Of a stretch of DNA of 64,000 nucleotides, positions 1 to 12,800 are shown piece by piece (the stretch's first letter is position 1; each line of letters opens with the position of its first letter). A program made the position numbers and the translations under genes. A model generated the notes under the pieces. That model made no database searches and was not told where the DNA came from. It was given only the letters and a program-made list of their open reading frames with translations. Source of the DNA: Laetmonice hystrix. Lineage: Eukaryota. The stretch is taken from positions 9,238,001-9,302,000 of the forward strand of contig OZ249445.1 of NCBI GenBank assembly GCA_965235115.1, read 5' to 3'.

Positions 1-313
1 CCCACCACATGCAAGTGATCAATCCAAAGATACTAAGTGGACGACGCAGGGAAATAGAGCCATGCAGGAACAGCCGTCTGCTGTGCCGCCCAGCGCCGTG
101 TAGCTGGGATATTATAAGGTATCCCTAGTTGAGACATGAATTGTTTGTGAGCTGGAGTGGGTGGAGTGGGGTGTGGCGCTCTCTACTGACCACCAGTCGG
201 CATGGTAACACCTGTTTACATCACCCCCACACCTCTCAGGCCAGCCTGACCGAGTATAGATTACCGAGCGAGGATGTACGGACAGTTAGATAAAAACCTC
301 TCCACCATGGTGT

Positions 314-880
314 CAGTGGTGTCCCAGTATGAGGTGACATGTATACTGGGCCCCGTCACACACAGAGAAAGCCTTACAGTGGTGTCCCAGTATGAGGTGA
401 CATGTATACTGGGGCCCGGTCACACACAGAGAAAGCCTTACAGTGGTGTCCCAGTATGAGGTGACATGTATACTGGGGCCCCGTCACACACAGAGAAAGC
501 CTTGCAGTGGTGTCCCAGTATGAGGTGACATGTATACTGGGGCCCCGTCACACACAGAGAAAGCCTTACAGTGGTGTCCCAGTATGAGGTGACATGTATA
601 CTGGGGCCCCGTCACACACAGAGAAAGCCTTACAGTGGTGTCCCAGTATGAGGTGACATGTATACTGGGGCCCCGTCACACACAGAGAAAGCCTTACAGT
701 GGTGTCCCAGTATGAGGTGACATGTATACTGGGGCCCCGTCACACACAGAGAAAGCCTTACAGTGGTGTCCCAGTATGAGGTGTATACTGGCGCCCCGTC
801 ACACACAGAGAAAGCCTTACAGTGGTGTCCCAGTATGAGGTGACATGTATACTGGGGCCCCGTCACACACAGAGAAAGCC
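314..880. repeat. Minisatellite, 64-bp unit (CAGTGGTGTCCCAGTATGAGGTGACATGTATACTGGGGCCCCGTCACACACAGAGAAAGCCTTA), about 9 copies
   Basis: Unit starts at 314, 377, 441, 505, 569, 633, 697, 761, 820; one unit has a 5-nt deletion. ORFs 274..459 and 630..989 are repeat read-throughs. Confidence 0.95.
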
Positions 881-1904
881 GTACTTGGTTTATACCTGAC
901 CACAGCTGAGGTGAGCGCTGCTTTAGCCGACAGTCAGGACAGACTAGGGCTTGATTTAATGTGGGCAGTCCGACCAGGTCGACAGCCACCTGTTCAGGGA
1001 CCCGGCTTCAAGTGACTATAAATCTCATACCTAGAAAGTGTTTTTCTTCTTTGTTAGACAGCGTGAATAAATAACCGCGAAGATTTGATGCTGATGATAA
1101 TTTCATTTCCTACAGAGACTGTCAATTGTATTGTTTCGGTGCCGGCTGATATTCCAATTGCCGACTAGGCCTAGACCTATTTAGGTGGTAAAAAAAGAAA
1201 TAAAAGTTTTAATGAAAGTGGAGAAAAGAATTGGAGAGTCTCGGCTTCAGAGCCATAGTATCTTAACGACCAAAATTTGGGCCGTGATCAGGAAAGTATT
1301 GATTATCTGGTTTATTGGACACTAGTGATGTCCATCATTATGATTGGAGCCTCGTGGAAAGCGTGATATTTTACCAATCTATTCCACATCTGGTTACTTT
1401 TCATTGTCAGAAGGTTAATAAGATGAGGTTCCTTGATTGTGGCCAGGTCGGACGTGATTGGTATACAAATGGGTGGACGGTTGGTACTTGGTATGGATTG
1501 TTGACTGTGGGGGAGGAGACCAGTGAGGCACCGGACGGCCGCCGTCACCGACTGACGTGACACGCCGGCAGGCCAAGTGGACGACCGTGTCACATCAAGT
1601 CGTCAAGTGGGGGCATAGCCTAGTGTGGTGGTAGTGAGTTAGTGCTTTAAGTCCTGTCCGCAATTGTTCAGGACGGGAACAAGTATCTTTTTCAGGTTTT
1701 CTGCCCAGTGATGATGGTGATGAGATGATACAGGAGAAACCCGCACACCGGGACTACGTCCAACTCTTATCGATCAGCGGCAAGGGTTCTCCACTGTCGT
1801 ATCCCAGTAAATGTTTGTCCTGTGATGACTGCCCACTACCGGGAAATTATTTTTGACCTGCCGTCTACTCACGCCCTGGTGATCGCCCTGACCTAGTCCA
1901 CGGT

Positions 1905-2460
1905 TTGCCCTGTAACCTACACCCGCTCTGTCCTCGGTTTGCCGCCTACTCCCGCCCTGTCCTAGTCCTCGGTTTGACCTGCCGCCTACTCCCGCTCTGT
2001 CCTAGTCCTCGGTTTGCCGCCTACTCCCGCCCAGTCCTAGTCCTTGGTTTGCCACCTACTCCCGCTCTGTCCTAGTCCTCGGTTTGCCGCTTACTCCCGC
2101 CCGGTCCTAGTCTTCGGTTTGCCGCTTATTCCCGCCCTGTCCTAGTCTTCGGTTTGCCGCCTACTCCCGCCCTGTCATAGTCTTCGGTTTGCCGCCTACT
2201 CCCGCCCTGTCCTAGTCCTCGGTTTGACCTGCCGCCTACTCCCGCTCTGTCCTAGTCCTCGGTTTGCCGCCTACTCCCGCCCAGTCCTAGTCCTTGGTTT
2301 GCCACCTACTCCCGCTCTGTCCTAGTCCTCGGTTTGCCGCCTACTCCCGCCCGGTCCTAGTCTTCGGTTTGCCGCTTATTCCCGCCCTGTCCTAGTCTTC
2401 GGTTTGCCGCCTACTCCCGCCCTGTCCTAGTCCTCGGTTTGCCACCTACTCCCGCCCTGT
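1905..2460. repeat. Minisatellite, 35-bp unit (CCTAGTCCTCGGTTTGCCGCCTACTCCCGCCCTGT), about 15 copies with a 250-bp higher-order duplication
   Basis: Repeat visible directly; diagnostic variant GGTTTGACCTGCC at 1971 and 2221 followed by the same order of variants. Confidence 0.92.
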
Positions 2461-4410
2461 TCGAGCCAAGGTGTGCACACCGCCAAGAGTCCACACTGAG
2501 ACCTACCGTATCCACCCACACCCTCCGATAGCTTTGTCATCAAGGTATACGCATCCTCTGGCCTGGCATGTAGAGACCAGAATCAAGCGACGGCAGTTGC
2601 ACTGCTGTCATCTCGCAGCGATAGATCAAACATAACCGCTGCATTACTTCCGGATCAATACATCGGCAAGTAATGACAGTGTACGTTTCTTTCCTCTGCT
2701 GGGATTTGGTGTTTCCTTAGGCAAGGCCATTGTTTGGCGTACACTCGAGACCAGGCAGTGGGGTGCTGTTGGTGAGGAAGCTCGCTCTACAGGCCCACCG
2801 TCTTGTCATGCAAAGTCCGTCCCTCCTTCCAAACATGTACACACTGTCACATTAGGAATTCTGTATGTTCAGCAACACTTTTATCATCTCGACGCCTTAG
2901 GATTAATTACGTTCCAGGAAATATAATTCCAAGGGCACCTAACCTCCCTGCCATGGTGAATGGTAATTACATTGACAGTATAGCTTCGAGTTATTAGTTA
3001 TTTCGAATTACGCCTGTACTGCCAGTGACCTGGGTTATCTTATACATGGAGTCGACTTAATTAGGATACTTCATGCAGCAGTATATATAAAATGCTTACT
3101 AAGTCTCTTTTTCATCTGACGCATTGCAATTAGAAAGTTCATCCTGAAATTCATAAATGGATTCAAATCATTTAGAGAAGCGGTAGAAAAAGTGTTGTGC
3201 ATTGAGAGCCTAATGTAATTCCGCCACGTTCCGTATAATTTGTTTCCTGATTATAAGTCCACACTGTAAAACAGGAAGTCATTACTTCCATTTGATGATT
3301 TGTGAGAAAGATTCGATCAAAGCTTTTTTCATTCAGCTCCAGGTCTGTGAAGTACATGCAGTACTCTTAGTAGACAAAACAGAAGAAACGTTAATCTGTA
3401 TGAAATCTCACACATACATGTATGGAAGCGAGTGGGATTTGTTGGGATTTTTTTCGGAAAGTCCTTTAGATCATATATAGGTAGATGCCAAAAGAACGAA
3501 GAGGATTGAAGTGACGGTTCCTTGAAGGAATTTTCTACCGGAGATTTGGAGGAATGTATCAGGTATAGAAGGCGGTGCTGCATCAGAAGACGGTGCTGCA
3601 CCAAGGATTCCGATGTATGTTGGGAGATTGCGTGCCGCCCCGCTGGGTGTATTAATGTATCAGACTGGAAGGTGGATGTAATCAGGTCGAACAGCCCCGT
3701 TTATTACCCGAGGGTATGGGGTGGGGGTTGGGTGACATGATGCCCCGACACACGGACCACTTGGATCTGCCGTTGCCTAGTGATGATGGATCCGAACTTG
3801 TTGAAGTATGAAATGGCAGCACTTAGGTCGGACTGGTCTGGTAACACGGATAGCAATACAGCAGTCAGTGGCCGGGGGTGTCCTCTACAAGTGGACGTCC
3901 TGACTGATGTGTCCAGGCTGGTATTGGGACATCAGCGGGTAATGTGGCGTGTAAATCGGCCTCATACACTGGCCACAGTTATGGTCTTTTCATGTTGGTG
4001 GGTTCATCCAAGACGGGATGGTTAAGGACGGCCGGTCTGGCTGTGATCGAGCCATGCCCACTCTGGGCAGTAGGCTGGGGAATGGTGACCGTCCATAGCC
4101 CCCCCCCCCCCTCCCCAACCTACACTGTACGACATGTCCCCAAGGTTAGAACTCTACCGTTCTCAAGACAGCAGAGTTAAAAGGTGGGGGCTGGCGGGGG
4201 AGGGGGTCGTACAGTCGTGCTATTTATAACCCGTTCGTGGGGTTCGCATTGAGAGATTACCTTCCCAGTAAATGGGCCGAAGTCGTCATGATAGTCCTGG
4301 AGTGTTGCTAGCACAATGGGGTGTGACATAATACGTCAAGGCTACAAGCCGCACTTTGTGAAGGTCCTAACACACACTTTCTCTGTGTCTGATTCATAAC
4401 ACAGTAGATG

Positions 4411-4697
4411 CCGGTGTAACAGTTTCAGATTACCCCCCCCCCATTGAAGTTACCCCCGGTAATCTGAAGCTAGCTTCAAATTACCCCCCCCCTCCCCCAG
4501 TTTCAAGTTACAAAAATAAACTTCGGATAAAAAATGTTTCGCGCGTTAATTCAAATAGACCTAACCCTAAACTTGCCTTAACCCTAACCGAAGGGCTTTT
4601 TGAAACCAACTTCAGATTGCCGGGGGGTAATTTGAAGCTAGCTTCAGGTTACCCCCCGGTAATTTGAGAGGGGGGTAATTTGAAATTGGGACACCGG
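4411..4697. mobile_element. MITE-like element with about 80-bp imperfect terminal inverted repeats and a central CTAACCCTAA motif
   Basis: Left end CCGGTGTAACAGTTTCAGATTACCCCC matches the reverse complement of right end GGGGGTAATTTGAAATTGGGACACCGG; CTGAAGCTAGCTTCAAATTACCCCCC is mirrored in both arms. No clear TSD. Confidence 0.75.
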
Positions 4698-5537
4698 TCT
4701 GAAGTTTCCCCAAAAGACTTCCCCCAAAGTACCTCAATACACGGATAAGTCATCTGTAACCAGGATTGACCTGAAGGGGGTTCTGTGTAAGGCGGGGGGT
4801 TCTGGGGGTCCTCCCCCGAAAATGTTTCTCTTTTTTGGGGGGAGGGGGGGTCCGGAACCCCTTGACCCCCCCCCCCCCCGTACGGGCCACGTATTCATAG
4901 TTTGCAAGTTAAGCTTTACAAGTTTTCAAGCGTAAAGCCGGATACGACACGGATTGGGCAAATCTGTCGTCTTGCCGGTGCATTAAGTACATCTGATAGG
5001 AATAATGTAATACAAACTTAATCAATTGTAAGAGTAAAGTAACATTCTTATTTCAAAATAAGGCTCGGTGGCATTGTCATAGTAATTGCCTGGCCAGTGC
5101 ACAGCGGAGGCCAGCGATGTAATCATGTTAATAAGATTTCTGTACCGAATTACTTGAGATACTGTATGCAGTGGTGTTTTCGGTAGTATCATAATTCAAG
5201 TCTAGCTGTCTGATGGATTAATACTATCGTAATTAGACAGTCTTTGACCGTACCAGAATACTAGCATCATTCAATCTCAGCCCATGTTCAATTAAGAAGC
5301 TGAGATACAGAAAAAAATCTTTCGTCTACGTATCTCGTCTCATTAGTGACTTTTTCCCCTGGAGATGAACGGATTAGGTGAGCATTAACTCTGACAGAAC
5401 TTTGTTCACAATTAAAACCAATCAAGTGCGACCTTGATGTCCAATTTATCCCTCATAGAGTGTCCATCATTAAATCTTTCCTCACACCAGACGTCCTTTA
5501 GCTGACTGGGACGTTCTTTCACATTGTTAACGATAGA

Positions 5538-5888
5538 CAGGGTGACCACGGCACCGGGAAAACAGGGGAAATGATTAAAGAAAAATTCCCTGCAGAGAAA
5601 ACACAGGGAATATGGAAAAATCCCTAAAACACAGGGAAAACACGGAGAACAAATTTTGACAGCCAATGATAAAAATTAGGCAAAAGAAAAAAAGTCAGTG
5701 AAAAGGCGGCATTGTTAAATACACTGTATTGAAGTTTGTTTGAAGGGGGAAAGAAGAGGGCTTTGATTGAGGGCACAAACACACCCCATAAGTGGCCCTT
5801 TTGTGGAGCGCACAAGCTAGGGAAAATATATTGTGGGACAGGGAAAACACAGGGAATTTGAAAATGATTTTTGTTGGTGGTCACCCTG
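5538..5888. mobile_element. Non-autonomous DNA transposon, 12-bp perfect TIR with 5-bp TSD (hAT5-like by inference)
   Basis: CAGGGTGACCAC at 5538-5549 and GTGGTCACCCTG at 5877-5888; ATAGA directly repeated at 5533-5537 and 5889-5893; subterminal AAAACACAGGGAA repeats at both ends. Confidence 0.85.
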
Positions 5889-6818
5889 ATAGAGAAACCA
5901 GTAAAGAATCTGTATGATGGGGATGTCTTTGACTTGTCTTGACGTGACGTGCTGACAGTATTAACGTCAGTGACGGAACGCCAACAGTGCGGCTTAGGGA
6001 CGCCGTCTAATAGAACATATCTCAACACGGCCTCCACAACTTTATAGAGACCATAAGACGCACAAATCATTTCCATGCCAAAGTAACCTAGAACAAAGCC
6101 ATTGCAGTAAGTCCTTTGTGTTTTATCAATACCAACCCCCTACAGCTGTCAGACTTGATTCCTTCATCTTCTAATTGCTTGAGATGTGGGGACATAACCA
6201 GGATTGAACCCCGTGTAGTGGTTCCACGTCCGAGTGAACCGGACCGGCTTACGGCCGGGCATCCAATTAGTCTGTGGTATCTGAGGGACAGGTGAAAGGC
6301 ACGTTTTGATTGGATGAGGGTCGGACGGTCGGGCTGACAAAGGGACGAGGGAGAGAAAGGTTGAGTCTTCTTCTGATGACGGATGTAATGCTTGCCAGAT
6401 GGCCTGCGTACTGATCTATATTTATACACATATATTTATAGTACAGCGAACCGAGTGAACCTAATGGGGTCTGTACTAAACAGTGGGTACCTCTGATAAC
6501 CCACCTCCTAATCTTGGTGATCACCCCGACCCTACAGTTAATCTTAGTCTCTATTAAACAGCGTAATTCTGATAACCCGCATCCAGGGTTAATCTTACCC
6601 CTAACGTCATGTAGCCCAAAGATATCTTTGAAAACCTCGCTGGAGCCAGGTGCGAGGTTTTTATTGAAACACTCGCCCCCCCCCATCCAGACTGCACTAG
6701 TCCAAAAGATATCTTTGGCAAAGATATCTTTTGATATTGAAACGCACTCCAGATTGACATATTTTGTATTGTTGCTGACGTGTGACCCACTGAGTCGTTC
6801 GTGTTGTTGTTGTTTCAG

Positions 6819-9800
6819 CTCCAGATTGCCTGAACTTCATGCAGAACGGTAGTGAGCTGATCAAGGTTCGTTCAAACAGTCGCCAGTACCACCGGCTCTT
6901 CTCACTCGACCAAGAACTACAGGAGATCCGATGGCAACCCTCCTCCAAGAAACCACAAAAAGCCAGAAGTGAGTTCCTCAGGGGTTGGTAGACGGATCGG
7001 TCTACACCCACCAGACTAATTATATCAAGTTGACCGAGCCGCGTATCTCACTTAACACACATAAATGGTCGGCGCGTATTTAAATGGAGAATACGTGTAG
7101 ATCGGACTCTTGCAATATGGCACCTCTCACACCTCCTGTGTTGTTGAGATGTGGAATTATAGGCCATCATAATCAACATAATCGCCATAATCATAATCAA
7201 CATAATGAGGTCAGCAATTTAATCATGTGATCAATAATATCAACTATTTAAAAATGGCATGACTGATTATGAAACTAACGGTCAGTATGCAAATTACATT
7301 CAGCAACCCAGTATTTCCAGCACCTTTGCCAAACGCGAATAACTAACCCAAAAAGGCAACCAAAAAGAAGAAGGACAAACAAAATGTAATCAGCATTATC
7401 CGTGAGTTTTTGGAATAATACGGGTTTTGAGTTAATGCTGATACAGCCTCATGAATACTTGCTGAGGCTGGCTCCCCGCCTCCGGATAGAGTCGGACAGT
7501 TTCTTGTTTGTTTTCAGTCCCAATCAACCAAATCAAGGAGGTTCGTGTGGGTAAGAACACGGACATTCTAAGGAACAGGGACATCGCCGGCCATTACCCG
7601 GACGAGTGCGCCTTCTCAATCATCTACGGCGATAACTTTGAGACGATGGACCTGATCGCCAACACTCCTGATGAGGCTAACATCTGGGTAACTGGTATGA
7701 CGTGTCTCATCACCGGCCGCACGAAGAACCAGGGTGAGTACCGGCTCCTACGTCAGGAGCCCCTCCCACCCCTCCCCCAATGATAAAAAAAACCCTTCCT
7801 TTATTATCTCCTCCCTCTACATCTGTCGGAGCTACATGATTGATGGACTTTTGATTAATAAAATGGGTGTCATAGCGAGTGGATGGTCTCCAGGATCAGG
7901 CAGTCGTGAGCGGACACAGTGAGGGTAGGTCATGCAAGGCCCTACCATCACGATGTTCGACAAGATCGGAAATTAATGTTGCCCTCAAAGTTCCTAGGTG
8001 ATGCCATTACCAGCTTGCCCAATCTGGGGGCGACGAAAACTTTGAAAACATTGAAAAACACCTCCTGATTTATTAAGTTATTTTTACCTCTCCAGAAGAG
8101 CAAGAGGTGGACAAGTGTAACTTCATCGTATGTACATGCACATGTACCGGTACATGTACTTTACATAGTGGCCCGTTTTAACCTCAGTCCTGGTACATGG
8201 AACCGACGGAACTCATACATCTATCATGGCTGGACATTATCCATAGACACAAGTCAGATGTGGCGATTTGATTGGAAACCAATTGGCGTACACGATGCGA
8301 TTTGATTTCGTACTTCCCATACATTTCGTCTGGCCTGTTGAAGGGCTAGTTGGTGCGTTCTGGTACGCTGGAGTGCATTACCTACATTAAAGCCTGTGTC
8401 TGGGATCTCGGCATGAACGGGCGCGTCTAATACATTTAAAGGCTATCAGAGATATTAAACCCGCGCACTATATAAAGTGAATGTCCCGCATGTTCCGTTT
8501 TAGCAACATTTGCTGCACTTATAAATGAATTATAAAGAAATGTGTTTTTTATTGAATTGAAGTTGAGCAGTAACAGTGCCTTGGGCTCTCCCTCGGGGTG
8601 CACCACCGCCTGTGGAATAACTTCTGTTTAAAACATGGAAAGAAACACATTTTCGTTTTCAGTTAAAAAGAAAGTAGTAATCAAAGGGGAAATGATGACA
8701 TTGAATTTGAAAGTAGACAAGGTTAACTGCATAATCTAGACAGTTGTCAAGCTCTTTCACCATTGTCACCTATTATTGATGGCTAAGAGAGAAACAGCTC
8801 GGGGTCAGATGAATTAACCCCTGAATCCTCATGTCCTCTAGTATTTAACCAATGATAAATCGTCGTTAATTTTCCACATTGAAGTCACTTTGGTAGCCGT
8901 CGGACCATAAAGATTTCGTGGATGGCTCAACCACGGGAAGTGCAGGGGTGAGTCTGTATCATGTCTGCAGCCTTCACATCTCTCCATGCCGTGTACTGAC
9001 AGGAGACACGGACGGGGAATGTAAGGTCCATCACAGAACATGAAGTGCTGGCCAGGCACCTCATGACATGCCCACATTGGGTAAATATATCGGAGCAGGA
9101 AGCTCATGACATGCCCACAGTGGGTAAAAAGGCTGGGGCGTCAGCTCATGACATGCCCACAGTGGGTAAACAGGCTGGGGCGTCAGCTCATGACATGCCC
9201 ACAGTGGGTAAATATATGGGAGCAGCAAGCTCATGACATGCCCACAGTGGGTAAACAGGCGGGAGCATGCAGCAAGCTCATGACATGCCCACAGTGGGTA
9301 AATATATGGGAGCAGGAAGCTCATGACATGCCCACAGTGGGTAAACAGGCTGGGGCGTCAGCTCATGACATGCCCACAGTGGGTAAAAAGGCTGGGGCGT
9401 CAGCTCATGACATGCCCACAGTGGGTAAATATCCGGGAGCAGGAAGCTCATGACATGCCCACAGTGGGTAAACAGGCTGGGGCGTCAGCTCATGACATGC
9501 CCACAGTGGGTAAACAGGCTGGGGCGTCAGCTCATGACATGCCCACAGTGGGTAAATATATGGGAGCAGCAAGCTCATGACATGCCCACAGTGGGTAAAC
9601 AGGCGGGAGCAGGAAGCTCATGACATGCCCACAGTGGGTAAATATATGGGAGCAGCAAGCTCATGACATGCCCACAGTGGGTAAATATATGGGAGCAGCA
9701 AGCTCATGACATGCCCACAGTGGGTAAATATATGGGAGCAGCAAGCTCATGACATGCCCACAGTGGGTACATATATGGGAGCAGCAAGCTCATGACATGC

Positions 9801-12800
9801 CCACAGTGGGTAAATATATGGGAGCAGCAAGCTCATGACATGCCCACAGTGGGTAAATATATGGGAGCAGCAAGCTCATGACATGCCCACAGTGGGTACA
9901 TATATGGGAGCAGCAAGCTCATGACATGCCCACATTGGGTACATATATGGGAGCAGCAAGCTCATGACATGCCCACAGTGGGTAAATATCCGGGAGCAGC
10001 AAGCTCATGACATGCCCACAGTGGGTAAATATATGGGAGCAGCAAGCTCATGACATGCCCACAGTGGGTAAATATATGGGAGCAGGAAGCTCATGACATG
10101 CCCACAGTGGGTAAACAGGCTGGGGCGTCAGCTCATGACATGCCCACAGTGGGTAAATATCCGGGAGCAGGAAGCTCATGACATGCCCACAGTGGGTAAA
10201 CAGGCTGGGGCGTCAGCTCATCTCATGCCCACAGTGGGTAAACAGGCTGGGGCGTCAGCTCATCACATACCCTCAAACATTAAACAGGCTCGAGCAGGCA
10301 GCGACATCCGGGGCTGACAGCTTACACCATACCCACAATATGTACGTTGCTTAAAGTGGCGGCCAGGGTCTGGTATACTGATAGGGTTTTGCTGTCAAAT
10401 TGCATTGCCTGAAATGGAAATTAGATGTGTCTGCCCTGTCCTACGCCTCCCCACCCGCCAACACAGCCCCCCTCCCAATCAACCCCCCTGGCAATCCCCG
10501 AGTCTCACAGCTCCGTGAGGAAGAAGACTGACAAGTGATGGCGGCCAGGTCTCCCGGGTCCTGTCAACGTCTTGTCGGGCGTTCTCTTCTTGGAATGTGA
10601 ACGCCTGCCAAGGTGGCGAATAGAGCCTCGGCTGGTGTGGTCGTCCCGCCCGACTGGCTAGCCTTACGCCCCCAGGCTAACACAGGCTGATCTCAGGCGA
10701 TATCTACACTTAGAATAAACCAAGGGCTCCTGGGGTCAGACAAGTTAATAGATGTTCCCTAAATTGTGTGTGTTGTTTTGTAGAGTGATCGGTATGGTTC
10801 TTGTGTGGATTGTGTTATATGATTGTGTATAAGGTATGGCTAGAGAAAGCATACCCGGTAGTTGTTCTGTGTTTTCCTCATCTACGGTACTCTTCTTTTC
10901 AGAGGACGGAGAGCATTTATTTATTCATTACTGGTGAATTGGATTGATATAAGGTGGGATTATTAAAAAAGTTAGATTAGTAAATTTCTCTATGAATATT
11001 AATGGTTGATGGCAACAAGAGAAACTACTGGGGCTGGGAGGTCCGACCAGACTCGGTCGGTGTCACTCAAACTGATCGTGTTGTGTGGTTGTTTTCTATT
11101 CAGTTGGAGCGGAGGGCGGCGAGGGAGCAGGTACGTCAGTTGTTGTCGACATCTTGTCTCCATAGTACGGCCGTCATACGGCAGATTTAGGGGTAGTACA
11201 GGTCTCTTGAGACCTCTGATCATTGCTGTTCCTACACAATTACTGACAGGAGACGTAACCAAGGAACATGTTAGCGTTCAGTGGGAGGTGTTTTGTAAAT
11301 ATTATTATGCATGCAGGTATCCAATGGATGGATGGGCGTCAGAAATAATACAGATTAACTTTTTGGGGACCGGCTGTACGATGACGGCTACAGGTTATTT
11401 GCTATTTTGAGTAGCTATGATAGAGTTTCCGATCATTTTCAAAACTTTAAACAAATTTGTAGTCTTTATTTTTATATTGGTCGGGTAGAAGTCCTTGACT
11501 TGAAAGTATTCCCAGAAAAAGTCTGAAGACAGAATAATCATGCAATGTGTGGATGTGTATCGCCCAGAGTAAGGATTTTCAGCAAAATTGAAGAGGACAG
11601 AAAATAAATGTCTTCATTCGGTTACAAATAGCAGCAGGCGGATGGATGAAGCACGCGATAAGAAAGGTCAGGTCTGATTGGTTGGAGGTTCTGCTCGGAC
11701 ATGCGTACTGAGTAGGGCTTCGTGTTCAGCTGTCTGGCGATTGGCTGTGGTCGGGTGTAGTGTCACGTGACTCTCCCACTTTGTGTCCCCGTACGGCGGA
11801 GTATGGCAGCCACCTCCCCCGGTAATTGCCCTCCGTCATGTAGTGTTAACCTGCCTGGCATTCTTCTCCCGATACTGGATATTGATGGCTATTTTAAAAG
11901 TTCTATTTAGATTAAACTGTAATTGTTCTTCACTGGACAATAAATAGATTCTGAAATTTAGAACAAAAGTCGAAGTTTGGTTTGTCGGAGTTGGACACAG
12001 CCGACCGATCAGACTTGAACTGGAAACTCTCGGCTTTCTGATGGTGGTACAGATTAGGGTGGAGATTGGTCAGCAAGAAACAGTCAGCTTTAAGGTGAGG
12101 GTGCTTAGCTAATTATGGCCGTCACTCTTTGTGGATATATTTGTGTCCTTATGTCTGATCATAAAGGAATTTTTTTTCTCATATTAACGTTTGTCCGAAA
12201 TAATACCTGGATATATTCTAATGTCACCTCCAGTTCAGCTGCCAAGTCCCGCTGCAAATGGCAGCATGTGTCTTAAATATCGATGCAATGTCCATGTGAA
12301 AGATGGCCGAGGTATTCCGCAGTCCAAATGTTAAAGAATACATTGTGGGCAAATGTTAAAGAATGCATTGTGAATGTAAGAATACAGTTGTTTATTACGT
12401 TTCCCCAGAAACAGCACACATTACCGTTATGTTGGCATGAAGCAGTTTCCCAAACCCTGGAAACTAAGCAGTTTCCCAAACCCGGGAAACTGACTGACGG
12501 CTTGAACAATGCTGAATTCAAGAGTGATGACAAGCACGCCCAGAGAATGGCCACTAACCGCTCTCCAGGCGTTTTGTAAAACAGGCCAATAACCCTCTGG
12601 ATATTGATACCAGCGGATGAAGAACCTGGGAAGACTAAAGACGCCTTTTATTCAAACTGATCTCTGTTTTGCCCAGGGTAGTTATAACTGGTCGCTGCGC
12701 TATTTACCAAGTCATTGAGCGCGGAATTGCTTTTCGCGCCTTCCTATATTCAGTGGTCCGGACTAATGTTGGTCAAGAGCTGCTGTTTAACTTGGCAATC

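Noticed and set aside
4780-4890. G/C-run segment ending CCCCCCGTACGGGCC, similar to a transposon terminus
   Set aside because: No matching opposite end or TSD found; at most a fragment.
9059-10270. Repeat-spacer layout with a palindromic core suggesting a CRISPR array
   Set aside because: The spacers are only 2-3 recurring 15-17-nt types, there are no cas genes, and it lies in a eukaryotic intron.
12074-12094. QETVSFK followed by GTGAG, resembling the PLCL KKTVSF motif
   Set aside because: It lies downstream of the PH exons (wrong order) and ends in phase 0, incompatible with the flanking exons.
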